Source: an uncultured Bacillota bacterium (GTDB lineage: Bacteria > Sysuimicrobiota > Sysuimicrobiia > Sysuimicrobiales > Segetimicrobiaceae). From it: a stretch of DNA of 64,000 nucleotides. The notes under the pieces are model-generated. The model saw only the letters and a program-made list of their open reading frames with translations. It was not told where the DNA came from and ran no database searches. Shown here in pieces: positions 63,776-64,000 of the stretch (position 1 is its first letter; every line of letters begins with the position of its first letter). The position numbers were made by a program, and so were the translations under genes. The stretch spans positions 448,001 through 512,000 of the forward strand of contig CAWDRG010000009.1 of the NCBI GenBank assembly GCA_963804645.1. Reading direction: 5' to 3'.

Positions 63776-64000
63776 ATGGGGAGGCTCAGACCGGCGACGC
63801 GTACGCAGATCGAAGAAGCGATTCCACTCGCGCTGATCCCCACGGTGGAGAATGTGGTCGACAACACGCGGGGATTCCTGAAGCGCTACGGCTACACGGC
63901 GACGCCCGACGAGGTGAAGCGGGTCCTGCGGGTGTTGCGGCGCAAGGAGCACTCGAGAGTCCCGTCACCGTCCTACACCGTGCGCCAAATGGACGCCTTG
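63776..64000 (+). CDS. Hypothetical protein, runs off the window edge
   Basis: GAGGGGG RBS, then ATG; 75 codons open to base 64000. Confidence 0.5.
   Translation, partial: MGRLRPATRTQIEEAIPLALIPTVENVVDNTRGFLKRYGYTATPDEVKRVLRVLRRKEHSRVPSPSYTVRQMDAL

Overview
High-GC bacterial chromosomal segment; the T-box riboswitch, AroH and FO synthase point to a Terrabacteria-type lineage (inference). Positions 1-34.3 kb are mostly core metabolism. The shikimate operon (aroE-aroC-aroK/aroB fusion-aroQ-aroH-aroA) is followed by a ~14 kb intervening block: TauE exporter, DSD1-type PLP enzyme, cofH/cofG, a heavily frameshifted VOC + peptide-ABC + M14 peptidase operon, and an intact orphan ABC binding protein. 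Next come a Trp-specific T-box leader controlling aroF-tyrA-trpEGDC-trpS-trpFBA, citrate synthase and an SDR. An intact tRNA-Lys(TTT) at 34398-34473 starts a ~30 kb accessory region. The tRNA 3' half recurs three times (37065, 43489, 50045), each time behind a conserved ~140-nt arm with integrase-arm-like repeats. A fourth arm (40320) is fused to an IS21-like end. This looks like a tandem stack of integrase-less cargo islets at one tRNA. Further right, a lipid-remodelling operon and several secreted-protein genes share a 7-4-7 palindrome placed exactly 21 nt before a -10 box, next to a NarL-family two-component system. The window ends in what may be the start of another mobile element. Scattered single-base indels, including two in housekeeping genes, suggest some frameshifts are assembly errors.
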